A stretch of 20,267 nucleotides of DNA from Bdellovibrionota bacterium. Lineage in GTDB: Bacteria > Bdellovibrionota_C > UBA2361 > CALJRW01. A program made the translations under genes and the position numbers. Where the stretch lies: the NCBI GenBank assembly GCA_041740355.1, contig JBGSMD010000008.1, positions 1 to 20,267 on the forward strand, read 5' to 3'. Positions 16,833-20,267 of this stretch are shown here, piece by piece (positions within the stretch are counted from its first letter, which is position 1; every line of letters starts with the position of its first letter). The notes beneath the pieces were generated by a model. The model had not been told where the DNA came from, did no database searches, and was given only the letters and a program-made list of their open reading frames with translations.

Positions 16833-19067
16833 CTAATTGATACAAGTTAATTTTTCGGCACTTACCGAACAATTAATTACATCATGTTCCGCTTGATAAG
16901 GTTTCTTATAACTATTAATACCAAGAGTTAAAGTTGCTGTATTGTTGTCACTAAGCAAATAAGTTACACCTTCCACGGATCCTTGGACCACTAACCACTC
17001 GCGCGTTCGGCCGTTTGCTAATTTCCGCTGATTAAGTTTTAGCTTAAGATTTGTAACATTGGCACCCAGATTCAAATCTCTATAAGTGTAGATTTTCTTG
17101 GAAGCATTAAAATTCCATCCTTTCTTAGATTTTGAATTAAATTTACTAGCAGATAAATCTTGGCTAAATAGAACACCAAAATTTGAATTCTCTAGGACAA
17201 TACGAACCTTTGGATTCTTTGTAGGAAAATCAAAAGCAGTAGCTTTGTAATTTATGCCAAGTCGGCCAAGATCAATACTATTTGGATTATCGATCGTTAA
17301 CTTACCTTTTAAGCCCCTAGAATTTTGATTGCCAGGGCAAGCGATTCCGCCAATAACTGATGAATTTAAACAGGTATCACAAATTTGGCTTGGAAATAAA
17401 TTAGGAAACGGTAAATTCCTATAAATCGAAACAGAACCCTTTGGACATGGCACACAAGCAGTCCCAGTAGCATCTAAGCCATACCCCCAATTACAGACTT
17501 GGCAATTACCATTGACACTAGCAAGACCCACTGGGCACTCTCTACAAACTCCAAAATACTCCGAGGTTCCTTCTGGACAAGACTCGCATGAAGTTCTTTC
17601 TTCATTTGCAACTAATCCTTCAGGGCAGGCACTACAAGATGTCAACCCAACGTTAGAAGTAATCGAATCCAGTGAACAATCTTCGCAAGTGAAACTATTT
17701 GAATTGTAATATGTTCCCACAGGACATGCTAAGCAGAGAGTGCGCTGTGAATTTGGGTTTTGCCCCTGAGGACATGCTGTACATTCTAGAGCACCTTCTT
17801 CACTAGAAATTTCATTTCCTCCGCAGTTAACACAAAGACTTCCAACACCACTATTATAACCTATCGTTCCAGCAGGACAGGGATTACATCCTGTATAATT
17901 AGAGTTATTTGTACTACCTACGGGACACGCCGTGCAGAAATTATCTGTAGAGCTTGCGACGTAATTACCAGATGAACAAGAAAAACAAGTTCCGGATTGA
18001 CCAAACTGACCCGGCAAACAATCTACGCAGCCAGTTCTTTCAGAATTCGCTGTAGTACCATCCGTGCAAACTGTACAACTTGCAGCTCCATTAGAAGCAG
18101 AAAACGAATCGCTGCCGCAAGAAAAACAAGTAGGAGATTCTGAATCATTGAAAGTTCCAGCAAGACAAAGATCGCAGCCTGTGTGATCCTCATTTGCCAC
18201 ACTACCACTAGGACAACGTGTGCAGGAGCTTGCCCCTGAACTTGCTGAATAATAATTATGCAAACATCGTAGACAATGGTCGCCATTTTCTCGTGAACCA
18301 GCAGGACAAGAAGCTAAGCAAGCAGTTAAGGTAGAATTAGAGAACTCCCCATCAGGACATGCTGTGCAACTTGCTGAACCAATTGTTGAAATGCTTCCAA
18401 ATGAACAAGGTAAGCAGGATGTGCCAGAGGATCGGTAAGTCCCAGCTGGACAACCCTCACATGCTGTTTTCGCCAAATTAGAAATTTGTCCGGCAGGACA
18501 TGAAGTGCAAGTTTCCGCTCCACTTGCAGAATAAGATCCATCGGGACATGACACGCAAGAACCATTGCTTACATAAGTACCAGCGGAGCAACTAACACAG
18601 GCCCCTCCATTTAATACTTGTCCTGATGGACAACGACAGCTATTTATACTTGTTGAACCCGTGGAAGTTGTTGTTTGACCAGGAGCACAATTTGTACAGG
18701 CAGAACTTCCAGAACTGGAATTATATGTTCCAAGGGGACAAGCCGTACAGGAAGAATCACCAGAAAGACTATAAGTTCCAGGGCCACAGTTAATACACTG
18801 ACTCGGTAAGCTTGAAGCTATAGAAGCAGTTACCTTTCCAGCTGGACATGGGGTGCAAAAGGTTGATGAGTAATTTTCAGCATACCTGCCAAACGGACAA
18901 AACGAACAAGAAGAGGCATCGACAGTATCACTAAATGTTCCTGGGCTACATGGAATACAATTTCCACTATTTAAATAATTACCAACGGGACATGGGGCGG
19001 CCCAAGAAGATATTGGAGCTATGAAAAATAAAAGAAGAGCGAGAATACTAAGAGAAAACTTTTTCAT
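16833..19067 (-). CDS. Secreted cysteine-rich repeat protein (ephrin-receptor-like/GCC2-GCC3-type CxxCPxG repeats) with a C-terminal beta-rich domain
   Basis: Signal peptide ending ...SSWA; 70 Cys counted (31 CxxC, one CxC, one Cx3C, plus singles); array spans residues 26-577; no CxxCH; AAGGG RBS. Confidence 0.88.
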   Translation of the reverse strand: MKKFSLSILALLLFFIAPISSWAAPCPVGNYLNSGNCIPCSPGTFSDTVDASSCSFCPFGRYAENYSSTFCTPCPAGKVTASIASSLPSQCINCGPGTYSLSGDSSCTACPLGTYNSSSGSSACTNCAPGQTTTSTGSTSINSCRCPSGQVLNGGACVSCSAGTYVSNGSCVSCPDGSYSASGAETCTSCPAGQISNLAKTACEGCPAGTYRSSGTSCLPCSFGSISTIGSASCTACPDGEFSNSTLTACLASCPAGSRENGDHCLRCLHNYYSASSGASSCTRCPSGSVANEDHTGCDLCLAGTFNDSESPTCFSCGSDSFSASNGAASCTVCTDGTTANSERTGCVDCLPGQFGQSGTCFSCSSGNYVASSTDNFCTACPVGSTNNSNYTGCNPCPAGTIGYNSGVGSLCVNCGGNEISSEEGALECTACPQGQNPNSQRTLCLACPVGTYYNSNSFTCEDCSLDSITSNVGLTSCSACPEGLVANEERTSCESCPEGTSEYFGVCRECPVGLASVNGNCQVCNWGYGLDATGTACVPCPKGSVSIYRNLPFPNLFPSQICDTCLNSSVIGGIACPGNQNSRGLKGKLTIDNPNSIDLGRLGINYKATAFDFPTKNPKVRIVLENSNFGVLFSQDLSASKFNSKSKKGWNFNASKKIYTYRDLNLGANVTNLKLKLNQRKLANGRTREWLVVQGSVEGVTYLLSDNNTATLTLGINSYKKPYQAEHDVINCSVSAEKLTCIN

Positions 19068-19190
19068 AATAGCCCTTTAAGTTTAATATATTAATCTGAG
19101 TTTTAGTTAAGAAAGTGTCCTGCAAATTAAGCAAAAGTATACCTAGAACACAGCGTAAATCCCTATGGGAATTACTTTTTGTAATAAATA

Positions 19191-19214
19191 TAGGGAGTCC
19201 AAAAAATAAATTAC
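19191..19214 (+). repeat. Right copy of the 24-bp inverted repeat flanking the Cys-rich gene
   Basis: TAGGGAGTCCAAAAAATAAATTAC. Confidence 0.85.
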
Positions 19215-19288
19215 GTTAAGAGAGGATAAGCTTTCAAAAGCAATCTGACGAATTGAGTTTGTGAATTAATTCCTAAATTTTTTTGGTA

Positions 19289-20267
19289 TATCGTCTTTAC
19301 CTGAATAGGTGACTAGGATTAGTGGTAGAAATTATCTGTTCTGAAGTCAGCGAATTGAAAGCGGAGCAAATCCTACTAATTAGTTCTTCTACAGTTTTTG
19401 CGTACCAGTTATTAAAAAAGTTTAATTTCATATACCTCCAAAGGTTTTCGATTGGATTGTAATCAGGAGAATAAGGGGGTAGGTAAATGGGTTTAATGTT
19501 ATGCCAGTTTAAGCCGACTGCCTTATGCCAAGAAGCATTATCAAGGACTAAGTGTAGTTCTCTGTTTTTAGTTTCTTTGCTTAATTCATCTAAGTAAGTT
19601 TGAAAAACTTTTGTATCAACTCCTGGCACAACAAGAGTCATGATTTCACCCGTAATAGGATTGATACTTCCAATGGCAGAAAATCTTATGTGTTCAGAAG
19701 CTCTGCCATTAATTGGCTTACTACCAACTTTAACCCACCTAGCTCTAGGTCTGGGGTCTCCCTCAAATCCTACTTCATCCGAAAACCAAATCTCCTTCTT
19801 GGCTTCTGCCAGATGTGTAATTGTTCTAAGGAAATCTTGCCTTCGCTCCGCATCTTGCTTGTCTGTTACCTGCGGTCTAGGAATCACAAGAGACAACTTA
19901 TTTTCATGGTAATAGTTAAGTAGAGTTTGGTAGCATAACTCTTCCTTATGGTCGTCCTTTAAAAAGTTATGAAATTTAATTGCGGTAAAACTATCTTCTC
20001 CAGCAAGCTTTGGATCTAAAATAATTGGTAAATACTCTGCCTTAAATTTCCCTATCGGTATCTTGCGTGGTCTGCCAGCCTTACCTCTATAGGCTAAACC
20101 AGTGATGCCTTCTTGATTGAACTTATGAATCCATTTTCTAATACTATGCTCTGTAAAATGAAGGAGACAAGAGACTTCCTTTAGGCTTTTCTCTTGATAA
20201 AGAAAATCTATCGCCTGATAAATATGAAAACCCTTCTTTGTCGGAGCACTATGCATCGATACCAATA
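19289..20267 (-). mobile_element. IS630-family insertion sequence, left end outside the window
   Basis: Transposase ORF; the sequence just after the stop ends in ...AGACGATA|TA, consistent with a TA target site at 19287-19288. The partner IR is not visible. Confidence 0.8.
19297..20267 (-). CDS. IS630-family transposase (5' end truncated by the window edge)
   Basis: HTH (SIRKWIHKFNQEGITGL..GRPRK); DDE triad FSDEVGF / VLDNASWH / LPPYSPDYNPIENLW. The frame is open to the window edge with no internal frameshift. Confidence 0.93.
   Translation of the reverse strand, partial: LVSMHSAPTKKGFHIYQAIDFLYQEKSLKEVSCLLHFTEHSIRKWIHKFNQEGITGLAYRGKAGRPRKIPIGKFKAEYLPIILDPKLAGEDSFTAIKFHNFLKDDHKEELCYQTLLNYYHENKLSLVIPRPQVTDKQDAERRQDFLRTITHLAEAKKEIWFSDEVGFEGDPRPRARWVKVGSKPINGRASEHIRFSAIGSINPITGEIMTLVVPGVDTKVFQTYLDELSKETKNRELHLVLDNASWHKAVGLNWHNIKPIYLPPYSPDYNPIENLWRYMKLNFFNNWYAKTVEELISRICSAFNSLTSEQIISTTNPSHLFR

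Noticed and set aside
17337-18992. Multiheme cytochrome or polyferredoxin reading of the CxxC array
   Set aside because: No CxxCH and no CxxCxxCxxxC motifs; it has a Sec-type signal peptide.
11889-19923. Short ORFs 11889..12101, 15771..15986, 17512..17709, 18023..18286, 18326..18565, 19600..19923 and 19640..19912
   Set aside because: All are nested in better-supported genes; they are by-products of codon bias.
1-20267. CRISPR array, tRNA or rRNA
   Set aside because: No regularly spaced direct repeats, cloverleafs or rRNA signatures were seen.

Overview
AT-rich bacterial chromosomal window. Left part (277-5139): a secreted coiled-coil protein, SURF1, an SDR/epimerase, pdxH and a degenerate phytase-like propeller. 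Next is a DUF4160/DUF2442 toxin-antitoxin pair whose DUF4160 gene is broken. It is followed by an NrdR-boxed nrdAB operon that is Chlamydia-like: three ATP-cones in NrdA, and a tyrosyl-radical-less, class Ic (Mn/Fe)-type NrdB. A 728-bp intergenic region that is almost entirely hairpins, including a three-way junction, separates nrdA from a gene with 13-aa Trp repeats. A four-gene operon follows (DUF4153, CreB-like regulator, CreC-like kinase, membrane protein). Near the right end is a 744-aa secreted, eukaryote-like Cys-ladder protein gene, bracketed with its upstream region and putative terminator by 24-bp inverted repeats (22/24 identical; MITE-end-like or dif-like). An IS630 element runs off the right edge. 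All calls come from reading the sequence and recalled family motifs; no searches were run.
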